Positions 1 through 11,830 of a stretch of DNA of 64,000 nucleotides are shown piece by piece. The translations under genes were made by a program, and so were the position numbers. The notes beneath the pieces are model-generated. The model worked only from the letters and a program-made list of their open reading frames with translations. It had not been told where the DNA came from and searched no databases. How positions within the stretch are numbered: the stretch's first letter is position 1; every line of letters begins with the position of its first letter. The DNA is from Lama guanicoe (Eukaryota): contig MU053873.1 of NCBI GenBank assembly GCA_013239625.1, forward strand, positions 1,936,524 through 2,000,523, read 5' to 3'.

Positions 1-714
1 CGTTGCCTCCATTCAGCTCAGGGCGGTGAGGAGGGGATGGCGGTGACGGGCACAGCTCTGCCAAGTGTTGGTGACTTTCCGTCTCACCCCTGTGGGTGGA
101 GAGGGGGCGTCTCTTTTTCCTACACCTCGTGACAAGGTGCTATTTTTAAACTCCTCTTTTTATAGTTAAAACGTGTTTATGTCAAAGCCACCACGTAAGG
201 AGCTCCCAGGAATCCTGGGAAGTGATGTTCGGGTGGACAGAGGCCTCGGGCTGACGTCAGAGCAACACAGCTGACGCCTGGAGTGGGGCTCCGATGAGTC
301 ACATGCTCTTCCTCACATCTTGGGCTCCTCTATCCCTGCGAGCTTCTTGTTGGAGTTTCTTAAGGACAAGGGACAGTGGCCCCAGCCAGAGCAGACCCTC
401 CACTCCATCCTCCAACCAGAGGCACTATTTCTCCACCTCTGCTGAGCACCAAGGGCCGTGGTGCTGCCCCCTGTCCAGCCCCAGGATGGCCAAACCCCCT
501 CCAGTCCAGCCCGTCTCTCCATTGTCCATACCATAGCCAGAGGGCTCCTCCTAAAGACCAAATGTGATCACGGCTGTTCCCTCACTGCTCCCTGCCAACC
601 CTCCACCCCTGTTCACAGATCTCTCCCTGGCAGATTTTATTAGAGTGAAACGTTTTGAAGCTAGAAAGAAAAATGAAATGATCAAAAACCTAAGTTTTCA
701 AGTCAGGCTGCATA

Positions 715-840
715 TGTTTACATCTTTGCTCAGTCACTTAGCTGTGTGACTTTGGGCAAATTACTTAACTTCTCTGAACCTCATTTTTCCTCATCTGTAA
801 AATGGGACTGCTCATCACACCTACCTCACAGCTGTTTTGA
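715..840 (+). mobile_element. MIR SINE fragment
   Basis: MIR core gctgtgtgactttgggcaaattacttaacttctctgaacctcatttttcctcatctgtaaaatggg. Confidence 0.85.
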
Positions 841-844
841 AGGC

Positions 845-1392
845 TGTGACAGACTGTACTTCCCAAAGATGGTCACAGCAATATCTCCCATCCCTCATGC
901 CCTTGTAGAACTTCACCAGTCCCTCAGCAAGAGGCGGAGTCTCAGTCCCCTTGAACCTGAACCTGGGTGAGCATTTGTGGTGATCACCTCAACCAAGAGT
1001 GTGCTGTGGAGGTGATGCCATGACTTTCAAGGCTAGGCCACAAAAATGCCATATACTTGTGCCTGGTTCTCTTGGGATGTTCGTCCTTAGATCCCCTGTT
1101 GTGAGGAAGCCCAAGCAGTCTGCAGAGAGGAAAGGAGACCCCGCAGTGCAGACAGTGTAGAGCCCTGGCTGAGCTCCCAGACAACAGCTAGGACCAACCT
1201 GCTGGCCACGTGGTCCTCCTAGCCGATCCCTGTGGTTGAATTGCCTCAGCTGATGCTGCGTGGAGCAGAGGTAAGCTGTCTCCATGGAGCCCTGCATAAA
1301 TGACAGGTTCACGAGCAAACAAAATGATCGTTATTGCTTTAAAGCACTAAGTCTTAGAGTGATCTGTTATGTAGCAGCCGCTTACTGGAACA
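845..1392 (+). mobile_element. MaLR solo LTR (MLT1G/H-like)
   Basis: Starts TGTGACAGACTG, ends gttatgtagcagccgcttactggaaCA; contains MLT1 motifs (gtgatgccatgtgactttcaaggctaggcc; ttattgctttaaagcactaag). Confidence 0.8.
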
Positions 1393-1444
1393 CGGAGTAG
1401 GTGACATAACGCACCTGAGCGGCTGAGCCCAGGACCACGAGCAT

Positions 1445-1530
1445 TGTGCACTCTTTTTACACAGGAGACACTGAGCACGGAGACAGTGGTGGACTGGCTC
1501 AAGGTCACGCCGTTGCTGTGCATGGGTTCC
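1445..1530 (-). mobile_element. MIR fragment
   Basis: tttttacacaggagacactgagcacggag...ctcaaggtcac, the antisense MIR core. Confidence 0.6.
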
Positions 1531-2689
1531 AGCAATTGCTTTTGCTCCTTTTCTGCATGTGGAAGACATGACTGTTGGGTTCTGAGCCCATCCCAGGGAT
1601 GGGGGCCTAACCCCTCTCCCCAAAGATTTAACTTGCTCCCTTTGCTCAGAGCAGGGTTTACCAGCCAGGCATGGTTACCTCCAGACAGATTTGCTGCAAG
1701 TCTAACCCTTGATGGCTGCCCCCAGGAGGTAGGGCCAAGTGGTCCAGCTGGGCATTGGCAAGTGGAGGGCCCCTGAGGCAGGGAGGGGAGCATCTCTTGG
1801 CATCAGCCTTTGCTTCCTGTCGGCCTGCAGCTCGTCCTCGCAAGCATGAGATGCTATGAGAAAGGATCTGGGTGACTCTTTCCTCTTGGCATTCACAATA
1901 CTGTTAATTAAGCGGCCAAGGGAAGAGCAGGGCTGGCGCCAATGAGAGGACAATGGCCTGAAAAGGGAACAGAGAGACGCCCCAGCAGCGTCCCATGCTG
2001 GGCTTTCAAAAGAGCAGCTGTGGGGAGCAGGCAACGGAAAACAGAAGGGACGTCGCCAGAGCAGTGATCACCGCGCGGACGGGCAGGGGGGCACTGCGAT
2101 GAGGCTCCGCCAGCTGCCCAGCTGTGTTCCTTCCTGACACCCTCTGCCTGCCCAGCTGGGCTTCTCTGGAGATTCTGCAGAGGCCGGGTGAAGCAGGTAG
2201 CCAGAGGGCACCAGCTGGTGCCCTGGGGCCTCTCTTCTATTTCCCCATTTACAAAATAGGTAGGTACAACTAAATCCCACTCCTTCTGTGTCACTATTGA
2301 TGTAGGGTGGCTCCCTGGAGTGTTGAGAATTTAGAAACTAAAGCAATGCTCCATGGCAAAACATGCTGGGATTGATTAGTGATGTCTGCCACAGGTGTGG
2401 GATTGGCAGTTTGGGGCCTGAGTACTATCCATGGATTGAATCTCCAAGGCTCATTCACTCATCCAATAAGTAGTTTAAAAAAAAAACCACCCACTAAGTG
2501 CAAGTCTTCCCCCTTTTCTGTGCTAGTTTCTCCATCTATACGTGTGCCCAGGGGGAAGTTTGCTCTTTTCCTCTGGGCTATGGAGATAAAGAAAGTGGGA
2601 AGAACTTTCTTTAAGTAGGAAGGATTGAGAAAGAGGACATGTCAGGAGTGATAAGAAGGAAGTCTTGGTATCTGCAGATCACTTTAAAT

Positions 2690-2785
2690 CAGGAGTTGGC
2701 AAAGCATGACCCATGGGCTGGTAAAGTTTTATTGGCCCACAGCTATGCCTGTTCATTAGGTACCATGGCTACTTTTGTCCTACAA
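2690..2785 (+). mobile_element. hAT-Charlie MITE fragment (MER58-like)
   Basis: caggagttggcaaa...taaagttttattggcccacagctatgcc; similar to the copy at 20411. Confidence 0.6.
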
Positions 2786-3129
2786 GTGAGATGGTGTATG
2801 TGTGAGTGAAAGCTCTGTAGCTGTGCACTGTGGGTGTGTGGGAATGTTTGTTACTGCAGCATAACTCAGCCTGTGCTGCCTGATACAGGGACTGTGTGTC
2901 CATGTGAGTAAGGGATGTGGGAGGATACATGTGTGAGTGAATGTGCATGTAAGTGTGTCAGGATGTCTGTGAGTGAGTAGTTGTGACTAGGAAGTGAAGG
3001 GGGTCTGATGGAGATGGGGTGCTGTGAAGGGACCTCTCCCCCACTGTGCACCTGCTCTGTATCCAGGACCCCAGGTCAGTGGTCATGATTGGCACCCTCC
3101 CACTGCCCCCACTGGACACTAGTGGCACC

Positions 3130-3665
3130 TATGTTCTCTCCTCTTTGCTGCCAAAACTTCTCTCAATCTCTCTGCTCCTCCTCCCTGTCCCCCTGCCCTG
3201 CCATCCACTGCTGCCAGCTACCATCACCTCCATCTGGATGGTCCGGCTGCCTCCCTGCCCAGCTGCACCACCCAGGTCTTTCTCCACACAGCAACCTTCT
3301 AAACCCAACTCAGACTCTGTCACTCCCTAGCTTAAAACCCATCAGTGGCTGCCCATGGCCCCATTACCCTCCTACCCATGGCTATGTCACCCTTAGCCTC
3401 ATGTCACTGTTAAGGCATGTGCCACAGGGGCCTCCATTCAACCTGTCCAAGAGCTTCTGCCTCCTCTCCCCTCAGACTCTTTGTACATGCTGTTCCCCCC
3501 CTGAGAATGCTTGTCCCTTACCCTCTTCACCTAGCTCAGATCTCAGCTGCTTCTTCCTCAGGGGAGCCCTCCCTGATACACACTCTCATCACTCCTCATA
3601 TCGCTCTTTTGAAGCGCTCTGTGCAGACCCCATGAGCGTGGTCTCTCCCAGGAGTCCGTGAGCTC
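3130..3665 (+). mobile_element. L2 LINE 3' region, degraded
   Basis: ctctgtcactccctagcttaaaacccatcagtggctgccc; ctttgtacatgctgttccc; cttcctcaggggagccctccctga. Confidence 0.7.
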
Positions 3666-4801
3666 CCGCTTGTGCCCCCACACTTGTACACATGCTTCTT
3701 TCACATGTTCCCACACTCAACCTGGTCCTCACACGGACACGCACCCACACTCATGGTGACATCTAGCTCTCAAACACAAACACATATATGCAAGCCTTCA
3801 AAGACATCCCTCCAGTCATGCCCCGGCAGTCATGCTCACGCACAGTAACACACACAGAAATCAAGACATTTGCTCCTTGAGTGAAATGGTCTCTCAGCCT
3901 CCTGCTCTCTGGGTCTGAGTGTCCAGCTCTGTCTGGCTTGAGCCTGCTGGTGCCACACACCAAAGGCAGGCTGCTGGGTCTGTTTGAAGCCTCGCTCAGT
4001 GGGAGTACCCTGGACACCACCCCACCACCCCCACCCTCTGGCCCAGAAGCCTGGATGCTGCGGTGCTTCCGTAATTGGCAGCACAGAGCGGATCGATCAG
4101 CCTCTGTGTCCACTGGCCACGGGAAGCATAATTAACAGTGTTTGGGAACCGTTAATTGCACTGGTTAGGAATTCCAAACAGTCTAATTTGGGACTTCACT
4201 TCTGAGTGCATCTTCGCCTCAATTGAGCGCGGGAGACTGGAAATAGCTGCAGAGGGTGATTTGCACAGGCCAGGAGCCAGCAAACCCAGGCCCAGATCCC
4301 AGCCAGGCAGAAAGAAGGCTTATCTGTTGTCCTAGGAGGGAGTGGTGGTCACTGAGGTCGGGGAAGAGAGACCACCCTCCTCCAGGAAGTCCTCCCAGAT
4401 TGCCACAGCCCCCTCCAGCAACCTCTGGAATCTACCCTCATCCCCATTCAGCCTGTGGCCTCCTGCCTTGGTGGTTTGATGTTGTTTTACGAAGAACTGA
4501 GCAGCCTCTCTTGTGGTCAGAGACCTTGTCCACGACAACCCTTCAAGGAGACTGTAGCCTCTGTTATCACCATTGCTGGCGCTCTTATTTCTCTCTGTCC
4601 TCAGTCTAGTCAACAGCTCAGGGCAGTGGCTTTTGTGTGTTTATCTCCTTTGTGAAATAGGATTTCATCTGTCTAAGCTTTTTAAAAGCTCAGATCTGAG
4701 GAAATAAAAAAATCAAATCAGTTTGGTCCTAGTGGCACCAAGAAGGGGTATCACTGAAAAGGTTTTGAGCTTCTTAACCTCTAACCCATGAATCTCTAAT
4801 C

Positions 4802-4806
4802 GAGAG

Positions 4807-4873
<67 letters not shown>

Positions 4874-4912
4874 AAAGAAGGAAGGAAGGAAGGAAGGAAG
4901 GAAGGAAGGAAG
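4802..4912. repeat. (GAAA)n-(GGAA)n compound microsatellite
   Basis: Seen directly; runs into the gap. Confidence 0.98.
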
Positions 4913-5251
4913 NNNNNNNNNNNNNNNNNNNNNNNNNNNNNNNNNNNNNNNNNNNNNNNNNNNNNNNNNNNNNNNNNNNNNNNNNNNNNNNNNNNNNNNN
5001 NNNNNNNNNNNNNNNNNNNNNNNNNNNNNNNNNNNNNNNNNNNNNNNNNNNNNNNNNNNNNNNNNNNNNNNNNNNNNNNNNNNNNNNNNNNNNNNNNNNN
5101 NNNNNNNNNNNNNNNNNNNNNNNNNNNNNNNNNNNNNNNNNNNNNNNNNNNNNNNNNNNNNNNNNNNNNNNNNNNNNNNNNNNNNNNNNNNNNNNNNNNN
5201 NNNNNNNNNNNNNNNNNNNNNNNNNNNNNNNNNNNNNNNNNNNNNNNNNNN
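4913..5251. other. Assembly gap (339 N)
   Basis: Run of N. Confidence 0.99.
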
Positions 5252-5270
5252 TAACCCATGATCTCTAATC

Positions 5271-5310
<40 letters not shown>

Positions 5311-5312
5311 AA
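5271..5312. repeat. (GAAA)n microsatellite
   Basis: Seen directly. Confidence 0.97.
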
Positions 5313-5469
5313 CTGGAAGTTTTGAAGTCACCTGGTGCCTGTACCTGAACCTTGGATCTCTTCTTGCCTGTTCCTAACTGTCTTGTCCTGGGACCTGAAT
5401 TGCTGAGAAACTACTAAAGATCTGACCCTCAAGGCTTAATTATTCCTCCCTTTCCAAGCATCTCTTAGG

Positions 5470-5800
5470 CTGAAAGATCAGGGAAGGCATTGTGGATGAG
5501 GAGATCTTTGGTATCACGGGTTGTGTGGGATGCATAGGAGTTCAACAGATCTAGATAGGGGTTGGGAAAGGGCCTCTCAGGCAGAAGGAACAGCACATAC
5601 AGGTGTGTTTTGGGGAAGCTGGAAACAGCATGGCAGATGCAACTGGTTACAAGAGCAGGCCAGAACATAAGGGGCCTGGAAAGTCTAGTCTTTAGCTGGA
5701 GGGCACTGGGGAGCCAAAGCAGGGCTCATGCAGAGGATAATATGATCAGATTTGCATGTTAGGAAGATCCCTGTCGCTTTGAGGGAAGTGAGTTGGTCTG
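5470..5800 (-). mobile_element. L2 fragment
   Basis: ggcagaaggaacagcacat; ggagggcactggggagcca; atgatcagatttgcatgttaggaagatccctg. Confidence 0.7.
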
Positions 5801-6004
5801 GAGGGAGGGAGACTGGAGTCCAGCAAGTGCTCAGGGAGGGGCTACTGCTGGGGTCCAAGGGAGAGGTGGGGGTGGCCCAGCTAGGGTTGGCCCAGCTGGG
5901 GTGTTGGCAGAAAGGCAGAGAGAATGAGAATCTTATTTGGGAGGCTGACTCCCATCAGGGTATGGCGTACACTCACACCTTGGCCTACGCTGAGCCAACT
6001 ATTT

Positions 6005-6360
6005 ATGCCTCCAGGCCTTCGGTCCTGCTGTTCCCTCTGCCAGGAATGCCCTTCCTCACTTTGTCAGCCAAAGACTTTCCTATTTATTCTTTGAGGTCCA
6101 GCTCAGGAGTCTTTTCCTGGGAAGTCTCTCTGGTCCACCTTCCCCTCACAGGCTGAGTTCACCCCCCTCCACCTCCCTTCCCCCATCACTGCAGATGTTC
6201 ACCTGTTACTGCATCAGTCAGACACATCAGGACCTTCAGCTGAGGCCAGCGACTCCTCCTTCCTCCACTCCACATCCATTTCCACACATGGGCACCTGGG
6301 ACGTGCGTGCTGCCTGGTCGTTGGCTGGCACACATTTGCTGAGTGAACAAATGAAGGTGA
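6005..6360 (+). mobile_element. L2 3' end
   Basis: gctgttccctctgccaggaatgcccttcctc ... catttgctgagtgaacaaatgaa terminus. Confidence 0.7.
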
Positions 6361-6434
6361 ACGAAGCTTCAGACTGTCTTTCTCAGTTACCTGAAATTCC
6401 ACCATCAGGGAGACAGTCAGGCGTGGGGTACAGG

Positions 6435-6670
6435 TTGTGTGTGCACAGGTGTGTGTGTGTGTGAGTGTGTGTTGTGTGGTCTGGGGTGCACACGCGTGGG
6501 CACGTGTGAAATGGGACGTGTGTGCACCGGGTGGGGAGCGGAATGTGGTGCGTCTCTATGTGTGGGGAAGGGCACACCTGTTTGTGGCTGTGGGTGTGGC
6601 CAGGGCTGTGAGCCGGGCTGGGGGCGGCGGGGTGTCTGGATGCATGGGTGCTGTGGGCTCGTGTGGGTTG
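6435..6670. repeat. TG-rich low-complexity tract
   Basis: (TG)n core at about 6450-6472 with degenerate flanks. Confidence 0.75.
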
Positions 6671-7394
6671 TGCTCTGGCCGGTGCTTTCTGCCGCCGCTT
6701 CTCAAACGCGAATGTGCCCACGCAGGTCCGCATTCAGGTGGGGGCCCGAGTTCCTGCATCTCGAATCATCTCTGAGACGCTGCCGCTGCTGCTGTTCCGT
6801 GCATCCCTCCTGGTGCCGCCAGCCGCTGGCACCCAGGACTGGCACGGGACCCCTCACAGCTCACCCAGCCAGGCAGCCCTGGGGGAAACCCAGGCTTCTG
6901 TCCCCAGCTTCAGAGGCTGCCGCAGTCCTGGGGGCTTGGTGGCTCCCATGGGGTCCCCCATTCTCTGCCAGCCTTGGTTTTACAGGCTCTGTAAGAGCGG
7001 CTCTGGCATCGAAGGGCGTCAGCAGAGGGGTTTAATGTGCCCGAGCGATTCTCAGAGCTCAGGTGCCGGAGCCATAATTTCCCTGCTAAATTATGGCCAT
7101 AAATTTCCTCAAAGAGATGGGTCCCCAGGCAGGTGGGTGGGTTGATGCTGGTATCATTGAGCAGAGTTCAGTCTTGTCCTAATTAAATGGGAACATGGGC
7201 CTGTGAAGGGCCTGGCTGTCCCTGAGAGCTGAGGCCCACTGTCCCCGGTCCCTGCTGTCCCTGTGATTGAGGGTGGCGGGACAGGCAGCCAGTGACGGCA
7301 TGGATGCGGGAGCGGGGCTCCAGGGTGTGTGTGCATGTGTGTGGAGTGGAGGGAACCAGGAGGCTCCGTTCTAAGCATCAATCAGGATCCCACT

Positions 7395-7806
7395 TGTAGC
7401 GAATTGGATGTTCGTCCCCCTGAAAGATGTCCTTGGAGCCAATGAATGGTGCTATTTGGAAAAAGAGTCTTTGCAGATGACTTTAAATTAACGATCTCAA
7501 GATGAGATCAACTTGGACTAGGGTGGGCTTTAAACCCAGTGACAAGTGTCCTCAGGAGGAGAGGCAGAGCTGACACAGAGGAGGAGGCCACGTGACGACA
7601 GGAGGAGAGGTTGGGGTGATGCAGCCACAAGCCGCGGACCCCCTGAAGCCACCAGAACCTGGAATAGGCCAGAAACAGATTCCCCTTAGCGCCTCTGGCC
7701 CTGCTGACATCTTGATTTTAGACTTCCAGCCTCCAGATGTGTGACAGAATGAGTTCTATTGTTTGAAGTCACCAAGTTTGGGGCAACTTGTTAGGAAACG
7801 AGTACA
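7395..7806 (+). mobile_element. MaLR solo LTR (MLT1B/C-like)
   Basis: TG...CA termini; tatttggaaaaagagtctttgcagatg; ccctgctgacatcttgattttagacttccagcctccaga. Confidence 0.88.
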
Positions 7807-7809
7807 CGG

Positions 7810-7940
7810 CAGTGTGGCTCTGGGCAAGTCCCTCAGCCCCTCTGAGCCCCGGGCTCCGGCCCTGGCCGACAGGGCTCGTATCGTGCCCCCTCTTGGGCTA
7901 GGAGTAGGGCCCAGTGCAATGATGCCTGCGAAACGCCTGT
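7810..7940 (+). mobile_element. MIR fragment
   Basis: gtgtggctctgggcaagtccctcagcccctctgagcc. Confidence 0.6.
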
Positions 7941-8129
7941 CACAGCCCGTGATTGGCAGCTGGGATGCTTCCAGGACGTGGCCGTGGGCAAGGCCCTGAA
8001 AGGGGGGGACTAGGCGTGGGAAGCGGGGGGTTGCTAATGACTAGCAGGCCGTGCAGCAGCAACCTGCACGTGGCCCACGTGAGCCCCTCGGCCGGGGCCT
8101 CCCCCACATCCACATTCATCTTCCGCTTT

Positions 8130-8310
8130 GCAAGTCTCCCCAAATTCACTTCCACCAACGGTCATGTTCATTCAGAGCTTTTCTTTCCATAAACTCGTTC
8201 TTTCAACTCAAAGGAGCGTATTTACAAAGGAGCTGTTACACTGCTAGAGTGAACGGCTGTGCGTTTCACTTGCCGTAAATGGGCGGTGCCCTTAAACCAA
8301 AACACAACAA
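8130..8310. mobile_element. Probable old hAT DNA-transposon fragment
   Basis: AT-richer block (tcacttgccgtaaat...aaacacaac) that resembles 48915-49240; family assignment from memory is weak. Confidence 0.35.
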
Positions 8311-10109
8311 GAATGGAGCAGAGCGATTTTGTGGGCTCAAGGGGGCTGCATTCTGGGATGGAGGCAGTGGTTGGAGTCAAAACATCCCCCAAATCTGCTT
8401 TTTGTGGCTACAGAAGCAGCAGCACGGGGCAGGGCCAGGGCAGTGCTCCTGAGTCTCTGCTCTGCTCTTGGGCCCGGCGTTCCTCCTCTCGGGCCTCACC
8501 GTGCTCATCTGAGAAGTGGGATGACCCATCATCCGACAACCCGACCCTCCCTCAGTCACTCCTTGGGGCAACACCGACGGGGCCCCTCCTCTGTGCAGGG
8601 TCAGGCGCTGGACCAGATGATGAATAATCACCCTACGTCTAAATCTTCACCTTCAGGGACAGGAGGGAGCCATGCCGGGAGCCCTGAGGCGGATGGTGGC
8701 CTGGTCCTGCCGGCAGGATGGGGAGGGGTAGGGGTGGGGGGTCTCAGAGATCCTGGGCTGGAACCCCAGAAACCTCGGCAGATCAGGGCTCAGCGCTGGG
8801 ACGCTTAGTAGTAGCTCTCCGTCCTCCTCCCCGGGGAGGGGACAGGGACAGCTGGTTTTGGAGGGTGGGGTGAGAGTGAACTCTGATACTCCTCCAGCCT
8901 GCTCCCCGCCAAGAACACCTTGGGGGTCTTACTCTGTCGTCTGAACGTTGGCTGTTCCCGCCACCTTCTGTAAAATGTGAAGAACCCCATCTCACGTTCC
9001 TGATCTGCAACAGTGGGCTGGCGAGGCACCCGGGGACTCCAGGCGGGTCCCCAGTCCCTCCCCACCCCCAGGCCCACCTGGGTGCCACCCCAGCTGTGAA
9101 GCCCCTCTTGGGAGGCAGACAGGGTTCAACCACAGAGGCTCTCTGAGGGAGGTGGTTCTGCTTGAAATCCCTTTTCGACCCTCTGTCTACACCAAGGAGA
9201 AAGTCTCCACTTGGTGCTGAAGTCACTGATTCCTCTGTAGCTCCAACTGACCCCACTGACATCAAAAAGAGAGAAGGCAGTTGTCTGGGATTTAGCGACA
9301 TCCTTTAGTCTCATTGTATTTATTTGGGTTTCTTCTTCCTTTATGCATTTTATCTTCCTCTTTCTTAAAGCCTGTTATTTCGCTTTTCCAGTTTTCCGTC
9401 ATAATGTTATAAAATTTTCTTGCAAAATAAATTTATTTCAGAGAATCGATTCGAAGAAAATGTCCAGACCCTGTTCCTTCAAGCGCCCCGTGGATAAAGC
9501 AGGACTCAGGAAGGTGGGACTGGGGTGTGGGCACCGCCGTGCTGGGCAGTGGGAGCCACTGAAGGTCTGCGAGCAGGGGCGGGACTGCCCATCACTCTCT
9601 CCCTGGGCTTGCCAGGTACCTGGAGTCAGGCCCGCGCCTACCCTGAGTCCACGAGGCCCCAGGCCCCGAACTTCCACGGTGATGGAGAAATATAGAGAGA
9701 CAATAAGGCAGTGAACCATGGCGGAGGGTTTATGAGGTGGCCATGCTCGAATGGTTGAAAGTTAGGGAAAATGTATTTATTACAACACTTTTCATGGGCA
9801 AGTTATCATTTTGTCAAACTTTATTAGAGGGACTAATTAATGGGTTGTAAAAAGTACTAGTGCGTGGCCAGAGAAAGAGCTGGTCCCAGGGACATTGGCA
9901 GCCCCAGGATTTATGACCCTTTGGTCCCTCATTTATTAATGCAGAGAAGGCGCGTGGAGTGGGTTATATATGGGCTGGTGCAGAGCCGCCTCCCCTCCTG
10001 GGAGCCTGGTGGGCTTGGGAGGGGGTGCGGGGAGGGGTCCTCCGGCCACTGCCCTCTGGGGAAGGTGGAGAGACAGGTGGAGAGGGGCAGGGGCTCGGGC
10101 TAGGAGGGG

Positions 10110-10250
10110 GCACCTGGCTGTGTGTCCTTGGCCGGCGGTTTCCTCTCTGAGCCTCAGTTTCCTCGTCTGTGCACCACGGGGCTGATGTGAGGCTCTACAG
10201 AGGTCCTGAGTAGGAACATGCTTTGCAAACTATAAAGTGCTTTGCAAGGT
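10110..10250 (+). mobile_element. MIR fragment
   Basis: cctctctgagcctcagtttcctcgtctgt. Confidence 0.75.
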
Positions 10251-10399
10251 GAGACCAGCTGCTGAAGGATGGTGTGGTCGTGTGGTGGAGGGCAGGTGGA
10301 CCTCAAGAGTGACCTTGATGTGGCCCCTCTCAGTGGTGGGGGCTGGGGAAATTCTTCTCTCACTCAGCTCCTCTAATCCACACTCTTCCCCAGACCTTT

Positions 10400-10660
10400 G
10401 CATGTGGCTCTTATCTCTGAGTTCTCAGCTGGGGGGGGGGCTCCTTCTCCAGGCAGCCCTCCCTGACTTCCCCACATGTTGCACTCTCTACACAGTGCCC
10501 AGTCACTTTCCCCATGCCTTATGCAATCTTTACTTATTTATTGACTGGTTCACTTCCCTGTGTCTTGCCTGCCTCCTCCACGTGATCACAGAGAAGGGAC
10601 CGTGTCCTTCTTCTCCCTTGCTCTGTCCCTGAGAATCAACAGATGTTAGCTGAGAGGGTG
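10400..10660 (+). mobile_element. L2 3' fragment
   Basis: cttctccaggcagccctccctgac; tttacttatttattgactgg; agaagggaccgtgtc. Confidence 0.6.
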
Positions 10661-11074
10661 AGGGAGGTCATGTGGGTATACAGTCTGGGAGGTGAGATCA
10701 TGAAAGGCACATGCAAAGAATTCACAAAAGGACACCCCGGGGCGGCGACCACTGCAGGCACTCAATAAATGCAGGTCACTGGATGGGAGGGTAGCTTTGG
10801 ACCTCGTCTTGACCCTCCCCAGGCAGCAGCAGGGTCAGCTGGGGCTCAACCTTCTGGCACATGTCCCCTCTGTCCTCAAGTGATGGGGATGCTCAGCTGG
10901 GGTCCTGAGAGGAGGGGCTCTCAGACCCTCGGTGGAGACAGGCGACCCCCAAGGGCCTTGAGTGAGAACCCACAATTTTATTTGCTGTTTCCTCCAGGCC
11001 TTCTCACAGAAGACCAGTGTGAACGTGGGGCTGGGGCAGGGGTCTTCAGGCTAAAGTCACCAGCAGCAGCAACT

Positions 11075-11250
11075 GACAAGGTTAGAAAGCAGGGAGGAGG
11101 GGGATGTCCTACAGACATGGGTTCAAATCCCCGCTTATGAGCGGTGAGACCTTGGGCGTCACTCAACACTCAGCCTTGGTTTCCCCATCCAGAGAGTGGG
11201 GATGCTAAGGGGACATGCCTCACCAGGCTTGCTGGGGATTCGAGATGACA
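11075..11250 (+). mobile_element. MIR
   Basis: acagacatgggttcaaatccc (B-box remnant); gagaccttgggcgtcactcaac; ggtttccccatc. Confidence 0.7.
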
Positions 11251-11714
11251 TTTGGGAAGCCCATGGAAGCAGGAGGACCGGGGGAAGCAGGGGTGCACTG
11301 CCCCGTTCCGTCTCAGTCTTGGTTGGGCCGAGGACAGGAGGCGGGAGTCTCAGCTTTCACCTGTGCTGAGCCCCGTGACGTCCGTGGGGACAGCTGGCCC
11401 TGTGCTGGGGACAAGTTCTCCATTTGGTCTCTTGACCGGTGTGGTATGAGGTCAGTGAGTGTTAACCTGGCAGGGACGGCTTGGCAGGGTCACGGGGAGG
11501 ACAAGAGGGGAAGATGGCTTTGAGGAGTCAATGACTTGTGGTCTGCACGTCTACTTGCTGCCTCTTTCCCCAGCAGGAGTCTGATGCACACAGGTGTCAT
11601 CCTCACTCCCCTGCCAGGTGGGGGCTGGCCCTGCTCTGCCTCCCACGAGTGGCCTGTTGCTTCTCCTGCCCGGTGCGTCTTCCATGGGGAGCTTCGTGTG
11701 CCTCGTTCGTTTCC

Positions 11715-11830
11715 CCTTCCCCACAATGCTGGGAGGTTGGTGTGATGATCCCATTCTCTGATTGAAGAAACCGAGGCTCAGGACTGTAAGGTTTGTGGCT
11801 CCAAAGGACTTCTAGTACTGGGTGCTGGCC
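11715..11830 (-). mobile_element. MIR fragment
   Basis: atcccattctctgattgaagaaaccgaggctcag. Confidence 0.6.

Noticed and set aside
4774..5272. ORFs spanning the N run
   Set aside because: They are artefacts of the gap and the microsatellite.
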